DNA from: Terriglobales bacterium
GTDB lineage: Bacteria; Acidobacteriota; Terriglobia; Terriglobales; Acidobacteriaceae
Direction of reading: 5' to 3'
NCBI GenBank assembly: GCA_049589215.1
Contig: JBAWAI010000584.1
Location: forward strand, 1-60,865
DNA length: 60,865 bases
The stretch's first letter is position 1; every line of letters starts with the position of its first letter. This document shows, piece after piece, positions 35,693 through 45,245 of this stretch. The notes beneath the pieces were generated by a model that saw only the letters and a list, made by a program, of their open reading frames with translations, was not told the DNA's origin and ran no database searches. The position numbers and the translations under genes are program-made.

Positions 35693-35896
35693 GTGCGGAA
35701 ACGACTTTGCCTGGGATGTGGCGGTGAACTGGCGATGGCATTTAATCCCAGTGAAAATGCGCGCGCGACACCCGGTGCCGCCAATCCGGGGAGAGCGATG
35801 TCGAAATGGCGTTGCAGCACCTGCGGGCAGGTGTTCACCGCTGACCAGCTTCGGCAAGGCTCTTCTCGCCCTGCCAATGCGGTCGAGCGCCCTTGA
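35693..35896 (+). CDS. Possible small zinc-ribbon protein
   Basis: CLGC...(37 aa)...CSTC arrangement. GTG start with GAGG 10 nt upstream. Weak support. Confidence 0.3.
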   Translation: MRKRLCLGCGGELAMAFNPSENARATPGAANPGRAMSKWRCSTCGQVFTADQLRQGSSRPANAVERP

Positions 35897-35975
35897 TCGG
35901 GACCGGAACGAACTTGAGGAAATCGGACAGAGCCGCAGTTGCCAGCAGCTTTCTTGAGACAAAGGAGAAATGTAA

Positions 35976-36137
35976 ATGGACAGTCCTACGGAAGAAAAAA
36001 TCGTAACGGAAGCGAAACCGGAGGCCGCGATTGTGGCGCCTCCACTGAATAAGTTTGCGGCCAAGAGAATGGCAAACAAACAGCGCAAAAAACGCGCGCA
36101 TCGCCGCAACCTGAGGCGGTCCCACACCAAGGGCTAG
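35976..36137 (+). CDS. Possible 53-aa protein with a very basic C-terminus
   Basis: AAGGAG lies 7 nt upstream of ATG 35976. Product is MDSPTEEKIVTEAKPEAAIVAPPLNKFAAKRMANKQRKKRAHRRNLRRSHTKG. It is not in the ORF track (under 60 aa). Confidence 0.4.
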   Translation: MDSPTEEKIVTEAKPEAAIVAPPLNKFAAKRMANKQRKKRAHRRNLRRSHTKG

Positions 36138-36163
36138 ATTTTCGCGGCGAGATTTCGCGGCCG

Positions 36164-39100
36164 TTAATCGACGTGCTCGCCCTCTTCGAAATCTCCCTCC
36201 GCAGCGGGGAGCACATCGCGTTCTCCGGCCACCCACACATATAACGTCGGCAGCAGGAAGACGCTCATCAGAAGCGCGGCGATGAGGCCGCCGACGATCA
36301 CGATGGCGAACGGGCGCTGCGAGTCAGAGCCGATCGCGTGTGAAAGCGCGGCCGGCAGCAGGCCGAGAGTCGCTACCAGCATGGTCATCATGATGGGCCG
36401 AAGACGCAGGACCGCGCCTTCGACGGCTGCGTCTTCAATGGAATAGCGCCGGGCCCGCAACTGGTTGATGTATTCAAGCATGATGACTCCTGTTTGCACG
36501 GATACACCAAAAAGCGCCAGGAAGCCGACCCCTGAAGAGACGCTGAAGTTAGTGCCGGTGAGCAGGAGCGCGAGCAATCCGCCGATGGGAGCGATAGCGA
36601 TGTTAGCCATGATCAGGGCCGCCCATTTGAAAGATTTGAACATCGTGTAAAGAATGACGAAGATGAGCAGGATGGTAATGGGGAGCACGATCAGCAGGCG
36701 CTGATTGGCTCTTTTCTGACTCTCGTATTCGCCCTCCCAGTCTAGGCTATAGCCGGTCGGTAATTTAACCTGCTCGTCGACCTTCTTGATCGCCTCTTCG
36801 ACGGTGCTGCCGAGGTCGCGTCCGCGGACACTGTATTTGATGGCCACATAGCGCCGATTGCCCTCGCGATAAATTTCCGAAGCGCCATCGGTCACACTGA
36901 TGTTGCAGAGTTGCTGGAGCGAGACGCGTTCTCCGGAGGCCGACGAGAGACGCACGTTTTCAATGGCCTCCTGGGTGCCACGGTATTCGGGCAAATAGCG
37001 CAGGGTGAGATCGTAGCGTGCTTCGCCCTGTAGAACCTGGCTGAGCGCGTTGCCGCCAACCGCGGTTTGAATGGCATCCTGCACATCGGCGACATTCACC
37101 TGGTAGCGGGCGGCGGCAGCGCGGTTGACCGTGATATTTAGATTGGGCTGGCCGAGAACGCGGAAGACGCCGAGGTCTTCGATGCCATTGATGTGGCGCA
37201 TGACATTGGCGATCTCGTCACTTTTTTCTTCAAGAACTTTCAGATCATCGCCATAGATTTTGGTGGCGAGCGCGCCTTTGACTCCGCTGACGGCTTCCTC
37301 CATGTTGTCTTCAATAGGTTGGGAAAATCCCCAGACTACGCCGGGAATTTTGTCGAGTTCGCGCTGCATGGCGGCGATCAGTTCATCTTTATTTTCGCGA
37401 AAGACAGGACGCCAGTCTTCTTTCGGCTTGAGGTCGACGAAAAATTCGGTATTGAAAAAACCGGTCGTGTCGGTACCGTCATCAGGGCGCCCTACCTGGC
37501 TGGTGCACTGGGGAACCTCGGGAAAAGAACAAAGGACAATGCGGGCCTGATTGGCGACACGAATACCTTCGTCAGGTCCGGTGCTGGGGGCGAGTGTGCC
37601 ACGCACCCAGAGCGCGCCCTCATCTAGGTGGGGGAGAAATTCCGATCCGATAGCGCCGCTGAAGGTGAGATAGCTGCCGACGGCCACCATGAACACGCAC
37701 ACCCCAACCGTAACGGCGCGGTGCTCAATGGCCCAGCGGACGGCGACACGATAGCGCTCGACAACGAAGTGCATGACCGGGTTGTGCCACTCGTCGGCGC
37801 CCCTCTGGAAGGCGAAGCTGGCGAGCACAGGCGCGATCAGGATCGAGAAGATGAGAGCGCCAAGCAGCGCGAAAGCGACCGTCCAGGCCATGGGATGAAA
37901 GAGGCGGCCTTCGACGCGCTGAAGCGTAAAGATGGGCAGGTAGGCGGTGATGATGATGGCAATGGCATAAAAAACCGGGCGCTGGACTTCGTGGGAAGCC
38001 TCGCCGATGCGCTCGCGCGCGGTCCTTACGCCGTTTTTGTGGCTTAGATGGCGGACGATGTTTTCGATCATCACGACCGCTCCGTCGACGACCATGCCGA
38101 AATCGAGCGCGCCCAGAGAGAGGAGGTTGGCGGGAATGTGGCGAAGGTCCAGACAGATCGACGCAAACAAGAGCGAGAACGGAATGGTGGCGGCAACGAT
38201 GAGAGCGCCGCGCACGTTGCCGAGGAAGAGAAAGAGGATGATCGAGACCAGGATCATTCCTTCCGTCAGGTTGTGGAGCACGGTGTGGCTGGTGAAGTGA
38301 ACGAGGTCGCTGCGATCGATGAAGGGAACGATCTTCACGCCCGGCGGGAGAATATGATCGTTCAACTCCTGCACTTTTTTGTGAATGCCCTGCAAGGCTC
38401 CGTCGGCGGCCGCTCCCTTCCGCAGGAGAACGATGCCGGAGACTACGTCATCGTTGTCGATGATCTTTCCGTCTTCGCGGTGAATGGCTTTGGCGAACTG
38501 GCCAAGCCGGATCTTTGGACCTTGAGAGACGACGGCAATATCCTGTACGCGGAGCGGCGTGCCATTTTTCGTGACAATGACGGTCTGTTCGATGTCCTGA
38601 GCGCGGTCGACCAGGCCGACGGAGCGGACGTTGATCTGCTGAAGACCGGCCTCGATGAAGCTGCCTCCGGCGTTCGCGTTGTTGTTGGTCAGTTGCTGCT
38701 CGACCTGGGCGAGGCTAAGGCCGTAAGCGACCAGTTTGTTGGGATCAACACGAACCTGATACTCACGCGTGGGACCGCCGAAGCTGGCCACGTCGACCAC
38801 GTTTGGCACAGCTTTAAAACTTTTTTCGATGACCCAGTCTTCGATGGACTTGAGTTCCATGGGATCGTAGGCGGGATTGCTGCTGTGCAGGGTGAAGAAA
38901 TAAATTTGACCAACCGGGCTCCAATCGGTGCCCATTTGCGGGACAACATTGGGAGGCAGGGTGACTTCGCTCAGCCGCTCGAGGACGCGCTCGCGGTTCC
39001 AGTCGTTGTCGGATTCGTCGTCGAAGATTAGTTTTATGTCGGAAAGTCCGAAGAGCGAAAACGAGCGCAGGTGAACGACATGCGGGATGCCGTTCATGAC

Positions 39101-39313
39101 GATTTCGAGGGGAATGGTGACCTGCTGCTCGATCTGTTCGGCGGAAATTCCCGGCCATTGAGAGATGACCTCGACATAGTTGTCGGCCACGTCCGGGTAG
39201 GCCTCGATGGGGAGGTCGTGGAAGGCGACGATACCGCCCGCAAAAAGGAGGACGGCAAAGCCCAGGATGAGCAGACGGTTGTTAAGGGCGAAATCAACGA
39301 CTCGGCGAATCAT
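36164..39313 (-). CDS. CusA/CzcA-type heavy-metal efflux RND permease
   Basis: 1049 aa with 12-TM RND architecture. TM4 motif DFGMVVDGAVVMIEN matches the HME-RND proton-relay signature. GGAGGA RBS. Confidence 0.88.
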   Translation of the reverse strand: MIRRVVDFALNNRLLILGFAVLLFAGGIVAFHDLPIEAYPDVADNYVEVISQWPGISAEQIEQQVTIPLEIVMNGIPHVVHLRSFSLFGLSDIKLIFDDESDNDWNRERVLERLSEVTLPPNVVPQMGTDWSPVGQIYFFTLHSSNPAYDPMELKSIEDWVIEKSFKAVPNVVDVASFGGPTREYQVRVDPNKLVAYGLSLAQVEQQLTNNNANAGGSFIEAGLQQINVRSVGLVDRAQDIEQTVIVTKNGTPLRVQDIAVVSQGPKIRLGQFAKAIHREDGKIIDNDDVVSGIVLLRKGAAADGALQGIHKKVQELNDHILPPGVKIVPFIDRSDLVHFTSHTVLHNLTEGMILVSIILFLFLGNVRGALIVAATIPFSLLFASICLDLRHIPANLLSLGALDFGMVVDGAVVMIENIVRHLSHKNGVRTARERIGEASHEVQRPVFYAIAIIITAYLPIFTLQRVEGRLFHPMAWTVAFALLGALIFSILIAPVLASFAFQRGADEWHNPVMHFVVERYRVAVRWAIEHRAVTVGVCVFMVAVGSYLTFSGAIGSEFLPHLDEGALWVRGTLAPSTGPDEGIRVANQARIVLCSFPEVPQCTSQVGRPDDGTDTTGFFNTEFFVDLKPKEDWRPVFRENKDELIAAMQRELDKIPGVVWGFSQPIEDNMEEAVSGVKGALATKIYGDDLKVLEEKSDEIANVMRHINGIEDLGVFRVLGQPNLNITVNRAAAARYQVNVADVQDAIQTAVGGNALSQVLQGEARYDLTLRYLPEYRGTQEAIENVRLSSASGERVSLQQLCNISVTDGASEIYREGNRRYVAIKYSVRGRDLGSTVEEAIKKVDEQVKLPTGYSLDWEGEYESQKRANQRLLIVLPITILLIFVILYTMFKSFKWAALIMANIAIAPIGGLLALLLTGTNFSVSSGVGFLALFGVSVQTGVIMLEYINQLRARRYSIEDAAVEGAVLRLRPIMMTMLVATLGLLPAALSHAIGSDSQRPFAIVIVGGLIAALLMSVFLLPTLYVWVAGERDVLPAAEGDFEEGEHVD

Positions 39314-39651
39314 CTATCCTCCGAGTCATTACGCTCCGAATCAGTTATGTTTCTGAGGGTGTTGCCGTAGTGCATTTCGGATGTGCCGCTGTCGGGGTCT
39401 ATATCCTATGTATCCTTTACTTCGGATTGATGGGAGACACTCAAATGGTGGGGCTGCGATCTTTCGATTTCCGTTGGTCACGCAATCTGCCAATCGTCTG
39501 ATTAGGACGCGGGAACGTGCGTTAGTGCATGCCGGTGGTGGTACGAGGAGAAGCTGAGCCAAAGCGGAACCTTCAATCTATCTGGCAATCATTTGATTGG
39601 CTTAGAAATCGACAACATGTGGTGGGATAATCAGCGCTCGGCGCAAAACTA

Positions 39652-40566
39652 ATGTTGAATCTGGAATGGATCTGGGAACCAGAACACCGAACTGCCATTC
39701 TGCTGGCGAGTTTGGGGACCGTGTTGGCCATTGCAGTGGTGGATTGGTGGACGAAGCCCTATGTCTCGCTGGGCTTTCTTTATCTGTTTCCGATCATGCT
39801 CGCCGCCGGATTCATTCCCCGGTGGGCGATTGTCTTTCTGGGCGTGACCTGCGCGCTGCTTAGCGAACGCTTCAGCAATCTGGACCCTGCGGACGCTCCG
39901 CTGCGGACGAGCTTTGAAGCGCTGGCGCTGGTGGGTTCGGGATTGTTCATCTCGGAGGTGCTGCGCAACCGGCGGCTGCGGCTGGCATCACAGGAGCGGT
40001 TGCGCGTGCTGGTGGAGACGAGCCCGGCGGCAATCGTCACGGTGGACGATCACGGGTTCATCGAACTGGCCAATCATGCAGCGGCCGAACTTCTGACGCC
40101 GCGGGATGGGCAACTGATCGGACAGCCGATCGCGGCATTTTTGCCCGAACTTCATCATGCGCTGCGGTGGGAGGAAGGGCCGCAGTTCAGGACTTCAATG
40201 CAATGCCGCGGGCATCGCGGAAATGGCGAGTCATTTCTGGCCGACGTGTGGTTCTCAAGCTACAAAGAAGGGCGGACGCCGAAACTCGCGGCCATTATTG
40301 CCGATGTGACCGAGGAACGGAGTGCGGCGGACGAATCGACGTCGGCCAAGTCCGATCAGCAAGAGAGTACTCCTTTGAACCCCCGTGAGACCGAGGTGCT
40401 CAAACTGCTGGTGCAAGGTATGACGAATAAAGAAATCGCGGCACACTTGAATGTCTCAGAGAGCGTGGTCAAAAATACGCTGCAACAATTGTTCGCGAAG
40501 ACCGAAGTACGCACACGCAGCCAACTGGTTCGAGTCGCGCTGGAACGCTATCGAGACATTCTGTAG
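39652..40566 (+). CDS. Membrane-anchored PAS + LuxR-type HTH one-component regulator
   Basis: Three to four N-terminal hydrophobic helices. PAS (LVETSPAAIVTVDDHGFIELANHAAAELL). HTH LNPRETEVLKLLVQGMTNKEIAAHLNVSESVVKN. Confidence 0.8.
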   Translation: MLNLEWIWEPEHRTAILLASLGTVLAIAVVDWWTKPYVSLGFLYLFPIMLAAGFIPRWAIVFLGVTCALLSERFSNLDPADAPLRTSFEALALVGSGLFISEVLRNRRLRLASQERLRVLVETSPAAIVTVDDHGFIELANHAAAELLTPRDGQLIGQPIAAFLPELHHALRWEEGPQFRTSMQCRGHRGNGESFLADVWFSSYKEGRTPKLAAIIADVTEERSAADESTSAKSDQQESTPLNPRETEVLKLLVQGMTNKEIAAHLNVSESVVKNTLQQLFAKTEVRTRSQLVRVALERYRDIL

Positions 40567-40605
40567 GCGGCTAGACTTGTACGGACTTACACTTCGCTCT
40601 GAGAC

Positions 40606-41256
40606 CTACAGTTTGTTTTGATGGCCACGCGCGTCCTCGACCAGGACTTTCATGGCACGGCTTTCGGGAGTATCGAGTCGTGCCAGACCTTCTATCACAC
40701 CTTCGCGGTCGTGTTCGTCGCGGTTCTGGCTGACCTTCCACTTGCCTTCGAGACGTTTGATGGGCACCTCGATGCCGACAATCCCGTTTAATTGAGATTT
40801 GATGAAATCTTCGGGCGCATCGCTAACGCGCCACGGGACAGGCGATCTCCGCTCATGAATGTCGGTCAGGTTCTCGACGTTGGTGAGCAGCCATTGGTGG
40901 TCATGGGTCACCTGCAACGAACCATAGGCATGAACGACTACGTAATTCCACGTGGGTACTTCTTTGCCGTGTTGTTTTGTTCCGGGGTACCAGGTCGGGG
41001 TGATGTAGTGCTGATGACCTGCAAAAATTGCGAGCGCCTCCACGGCTGGATTGAAATCGCGCCACTGCGGGTTGGCGCGCGAGATGTGTCCCCTGAGAAT
41101 GCCAAACTCTGAACCGTCGTCTTCGAGGACCATTGGAATATGCGAGGCAAAGAGCCCGGTGGTTGCCAGAGTTACGAAAGTTGCGAGCGGATGCGAAACC
41201 ATCAACGCGTGCATTATAGACACGCGCTTCTCTTCGTTATGCCTTGGAATATACAT
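40606..41256 (-). CDS. PaiB-family FMN-binding putative transcriptional regulator
   Basis: MYIPRHNEE start, pyridoxamine-oxidase-like fold pattern, 216 aa. Confidence 0.75.
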   Translation of the reverse strand: MYIPRHNEEKRVSIMHALMVSHPLATFVTLATTGLFASHIPMVLEDDGSEFGILRGHISRANPQWRDFNPAVEALAIFAGHQHYITPTWYPGTKQHGKEVPTWNYVVVHAYGSLQVTHDHQWLLTNVENLTDIHERRSPVPWRVSDAPEDFIKSQLNGIVGIEVPIKRLEGKWKVSQNRDEHDREGVIEGLARLDTPESRAMKVLVEDARGHQNKL

Positions 41257-41374
41257 TTGGATTCCCGGCTACATCGTAAACCAGTCCGGGGGTTGGCGGA
41301 TTGCCGGGGTTGGGCTCGCAGGGCGCGTACTCGTCCTTGACGGGCTTACGGGTTGCGGAGAATCTCAGATCCAC

Positions 41375-41944
41375 CTAAGCGTACTTAACGAATCTCATGG
41401 CCGCGGAGTTCATGCAGTAACGCAGATAGGTCGGCTTGGGTCCGTCATCAAAAACGTGGCCGAGGTGCGCGTCACATTCAGTACAAGAGATCGCATCGCG
41501 AGTCATGCCGAAGGTCGAATCGGCCGACTTGCGAATATTTTCTTTGGCGATTGGAGCCCAGAAACTCGGCCAGCCTGTTCCCGAATCAAACTTCGTGTCG
41601 GAGCTGTACAAGGCATTGTCGCAGCAGATACAGCGAAACAGACCTTTGTCGTGCAGGTTGTAGGTGTCGCCGGTGAAGGCCCTTTCGGTTCCCTGCTTGC
41701 GCGTGACTTCAAATTGCAGGGACGTCAATTTCTGCTTCCACTCGGCATCCGTCTTGTGAACTTTCTGCACGCGCGCCTGACCGAGATTCTGGCCTGTATC
41801 GCTAAACTGAATGATCGTCACCGCGTCTTTGTCGTCCGAGGAGCCAGCCTTCGCCAGGCTCAGGATCGGGCTTCTGAGCCAAGCGACCACACCGGCCGTC
41901 CCTATTGCCAAGGCGGAATTAGTTAAAAATTTTCTGCGGTCCAT
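41375..41944 (-). CDS. msrB: Exported peptide-methionine (R)-S-oxide reductase MsrB with Tat-like signal
   Basis: MDRRKFLTNSALAIGTAG twin-arginine leader. Zn site CICC...CTEC. Catalytic RYCMNS. GGAGAG precedes ATG 41944. Confidence 0.85.
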   Translation of the reverse strand: MDRRKFLTNSALAIGTAGVVAWLRSPILSLAKAGSSDDKDAVTIIQFSDTGQNLGQARVQKVHKTDAEWKQKLTSLQFEVTRKQGTERAFTGDTYNLHDKGLFRCICCDNALYSSDTKFDSGTGWPSFWAPIAKENIRKSADSTFGMTRDAISCTECDAHLGHVFDDGPKPTYLRYCMNSAAMRFVKYA

Positions 41945-42008
41945 GGTCTCTCCAGCATGATGAAAAATTTTCCCACATTTAGACGACTCCATTCCCTACT
42001 CTTACTTC

Positions 42009-42707
42009 CTACTTCTTATAGAGATCGGGAAACTCCTCGCGGAGATGGTCCACCTTGGGCGCATCATTAGTCGCGATGTAGGGATTGTCGGGATGAAGGC
42101 GGGCATAGTCCTGATGATAGGCTTCGGCCTCATAGAATGCTTTCAGCGGAACCACTTGGGTGACAATCGGCCGCGGAAACGATTTGGCATGGTCTAGCTG
42201 GGCGATGTAGGCCTCTGCGATGTGCCTCTGCTCGTCGGTGGTGTAGAAAATCACCGAGCGATATTGGGTCCCGGTATCGGGGCCCTGGCGATTGAGTTCA
42301 GTGGGATCGTGAGCCACGGAGAAAAATACTTTCAGCAGCCGGCCATAGGAGATTCGTGATGGGTCAAAGGTGACCTTCACGGATTCCGCATGGCCCGTTT
42401 TGCCGGTGCTTACCTCTTCATACCCGGGCGCGGACACTGCGCCCCCGGAATATCCCGAAGTGGCATCTTTGACGCCCTTTACGTGCTGAAAAACAGCCTG
42501 GATTCCCCAAAAGCAGCCGCCGGCGAAAACCGCAGTTTGCTTTTCTGACTTCGCCGTCAAAGGGGCATCGACGGCAGGATTCGGGAGAGCCACAGCAGGC
42601 TCGGCAGCGGCATGAACCCGATAGCTCACGACGGTTGCAAGAACAACAATTGCGAGGAGGACCGCGACCGCTCCGCTCAACGGCGAATTCTTAGATTGAA
42701 CACTCAT
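42009..42707 (-). CDS. msrA: Exported peptide-methionine (S)-S-oxide reductase MsrA
   Basis: Signal-anchor N-terminus, then GGCFWGIQAVF catalytic motif. Confidence 0.88.
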   Translation of the reverse strand: MSVQSKNSPLSGAVAVLLAIVVLATVVSYRVHAAAEPAVALPNPAVDAPLTAKSEKQTAVFAGGCFWGIQAVFQHVKGVKDATSGYSGGAVSAPGYEEVSTGKTGHAESVKVTFDPSRISYGRLLKVFFSVAHDPTELNRQGPDTGTQYRSVIFYTTDEQRHIAEAYIAQLDHAKSFPRPIVTQVVPLKAFYEAEAYHQDYARLHPDNPYIATNDAPKVDHLREEFPDLYKK

Positions 42708-42874
42708 GGTTGCACCCTATTATTTTTTTGGTCTCATATTTAGATTCCCGAGCACCGGGAAAGTTACACATTCGAGGCAGGCTCCGCCGTGTCCGCTCTT
42801 GACGTGGAGCAAATTTACATTATCGCCCCCCGACACCATGCGGTAAACTGGCGCGAATTTTATGGAGGCTTCAC

Positions 42875-43294
42875 GTGAAAGCGCCAATTCTGTACCGGGT
42901 TTCTTCAGTTCTCCTCCTGATTTTTGCTACCGGCCATACGCTTGGCTTTCGCAACACTGACCCTAAATGGGGAGTCGATTCGCTGATTGGCTCGATGCGG
43001 TCGATTCACTTCGATGTGCAAGGATTCAGCCGTTCTTATTGGGACTTCTACGTCGGGTTTGGACTGTTTGTTACCGTGTTTCTGGTATTCGCAGCCGTAC
43101 TCTCGTGGCAACTGGGCAACCTTGCGCCAGTGACTTTGGCCGCCATGCGCGGCCCGCGGTGGACGCTTGTCGTTTGTTTTGCTTCCGTCACAATTTTGAA
43201 CTGGAGATACTTCTTTATAGTTCCGGTCGTATTTGCAATTGTCATTACGGTGTGTTTGACGGCGGCGGCGTCAACTTCATCGAAGACAGGTTGA
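42875..43294 (+). CDS. Hypothetical integral membrane protein (about four TM helices)
   Basis: 139-aa ORF (GTG start) with four hydrophobic segments. No family recognised. Confidence 0.55.
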   Translation: MKAPILYRVSSVLLLIFATGHTLGFRNTDPKWGVDSLIGSMRSIHFDVQGFSRSYWDFYVGFGLFVTVFLVFAAVLSWQLGNLAPVTLAAMRGPRWTLVVCFASVTILNWRYFFIVPVVFAIVITVCLTAAASTSSKTG

Positions 43295-43373
43295 ACCTCG
43301 ACAATCTCGCTTGCGACAATTTTGCTAACGAACCCCCACCCTTGTTCGTCCCAGACTCAGGAGAGTGCCGGTA

Positions 43374-43958
43374 ATGAAATCTAAAGTCGCGTTCGTGTTG
43401 CTGGTCGTAATCGCCACGCTACTTCCGCTTTTGTGCTTTTCCCAAACCACTAGCGGAACCGCTTCCAATCCCGCAAATCTTCCTCAGCGCGATGGTTCGC
43501 ACGACTTTGACTTTCTCATAGCCGACTGGAAGGCCCATGTCCGACGTCTTCCCGAACGGCTTAATAACTCCAACGTCTGGGTCGAATACGACGGCATCTC
43601 GAACCACAAGAAACTTCTCGACAGCAATGCGAACTTTGAAGAGTTCGATGTCACCAGCACGGACAAAAAACTCCACATCAAGGCGCAAACCCTTCGCCTC
43701 TACAATCCCGCGTCGCGGCAGTGGAGCATCTACCTCGTCGATCTGGACAACGGAACCCTCAGCCTGCCCCCGGTTGTCGGAAGCTTCACCGGAAACCGCG
43801 GCGAGTTTTTCGACCAAGAAGAATATAAAGGTCGAGCCATTCTGGTGCGCTACATGTGGCTGAACATCTCTCCTCAGTCGGCGCGCATGGAGCAGTCATT
43901 CTCGCCGGACGGCGGCAAGACATGGGAAGTGAACTGGATTTGCGAGCTTTCACGATAG
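43374..43958 (+). CDS. Hypothetical secreted protein
   Basis: AGGAGA lies 9 nt upstream of ATG 43374. Signal peptide MKSKVAFVLLVVIATLLPLLCFSQ. No family assigned with confidence. Confidence 0.6.
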   Translation: MKSKVAFVLLVVIATLLPLLCFSQTTSGTASNPANLPQRDGSHDFDFLIADWKAHVRRLPERLNNSNVWVEYDGISNHKKLLDSNANFEEFDVTSTDKKLHIKAQTLRLYNPASRQWSIYLVDLDNGTLSLPPVVGSFTGNRGEFFDQEEYKGRAILVRYMWLNISPQSARMEQSFSPDGGKTWEVNWICELSR

Positions 43959-43997
43959 AGGGCACAGGCGGGGTGAGTCCCACATGATTCTTTGGTT

Positions 43998-45227
43998 TTA
44001 CTTCTCCGGGTCTAGGTTAGGATCGCGGCCGTCAGCGTCCTGGACACGCAACACTGTCCTTCGACGCTGGGCGTCGTCGTGCTCCAGACGGGTTGCGATC
44101 CGAAGTTGATCGTCGGCCTCTTGCTTACGCCCCACGCGAACAAAAGTCAGGCCGAGATAGTAATGAGCTTCGCGCAACGAATCGTCAGTGGCTAGCGCGC
44201 GCTGCAGCAGATCGATCGCGTCTGAGTAACGCTTCTGTTCGAAAGCTACTCTGCCCAAGCCAGACAGCGCGGCAGCGTGCTTCGGGTCATGGGTCAGTGC
44301 CTGTTGGAAATTTCTCTCCGCCTCGTTGAGGTCTTTCTCGTTGAGTTCGATGAGGCCCAGACGGAAGTAGGATTCCGTTTGCTCGGGTGCCAGCGCGATC
44401 GACCGCTCAAATTGTTCTCTCGCCTCCTGTGTATTCTCAAGAGCAGCAAGAGTCATTCCAAGCGCACAATGACCGGACGCATCGTCGGGACGCGCTTCGA
44501 CGTAACGAGCAAACTGCTGGCGGGCATTCTCGAACTTCCACTCCCCGAGAAACGCGCGCCCCAGACTGTAGAGAGCTACCGCGTCATTTGGCCGCAGCTT
44601 TAATGTTTGCTGGAAGGCTCCAATCGCGTCCTGCCACAGCGATAGCTGCAGCGCCGCCGTTCCGAACTCAAATTGAACATCGGGATTGTCGGGCGCATAG
44701 TTGCGGGCCTCTCGCAGCAACCCCAGGCACTTTGTGGAATCACCGGCGGCTGCGGCAGTCTTGCTCTGGTCACGCAAAATTTCGACCAGCGCATCCACGG
44801 CGTCCGAGCGACCCGGATCTATCCGCAACGCTTCGCGCAATTGAGGGAGCGCGTCATCCCCCCGGCCTTTCTGGAAATAGAGCAACCCGAGGTGTGAATG
44901 GGCAGCGGCAAAGTCCGGCTTTTCCTGAATTGCGCGACGAAAAAGCGGTTCTGCCTCTGCGTCGCGATGTTGAAGGACTCGGACGACCCCTAATAAATCT
45001 AGTGCCCGGTAATCGTTGGGGGCGGTTCGCAGAATCGTCTGCAGGTCCGTTTCTGCCCGAGTGAGTTTCCCCCCGGTCATGGCTTGGGCCGCGTCCTGCA
45101 GCAGGGACATCGAACTCGGCGTCGAAACCTGAGCCAGTGGCATCAGGCTCGAAAGCAGCAGCACGCCGCCGCAGAGGAGTTTGTTTCGCGCGGTATTTCG
45201 AATGCCAATTCGCACTCTATTCAGCAC
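43998..45227 (-). CDS. Secreted TPR-repeat protein
   Basis: Signal peptide plus repeated TPR-like 34-aa units (AxxxLGxxYxxxGxxxEA patterns). Confidence 0.8.
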   Translation of the reverse strand: MLNRVRIGIRNTARNKLLCGGVLLLSSLMPLAQVSTPSSMSLLQDAAQAMTGGKLTRAETDLQTILRTAPNDYRALDLLGVVRVLQHRDAEAEPLFRRAIQEKPDFAAAHSHLGLLYFQKGRGDDALPQLREALRIDPGRSDAVDALVEILRDQSKTAAAAGDSTKCLGLLREARNYAPDNPDVQFEFGTAALQLSLWQDAIGAFQQTLKLRPNDAVALYSLGRAFLGEWKFENARQQFARYVEARPDDASGHCALGMTLAALENTQEAREQFERSIALAPEQTESYFRLGLIELNEKDLNEAERNFQQALTHDPKHAAALSGLGRVAFEQKRYSDAIDLLQRALATDDSLREAHYYLGLTFVRVGRKQEADDQLRIATRLEHDDAQRRRTVLRVQDADGRDPNLDPEK

Positions 45228-45245
45228 TCTGAATGCAGCCCTAGT

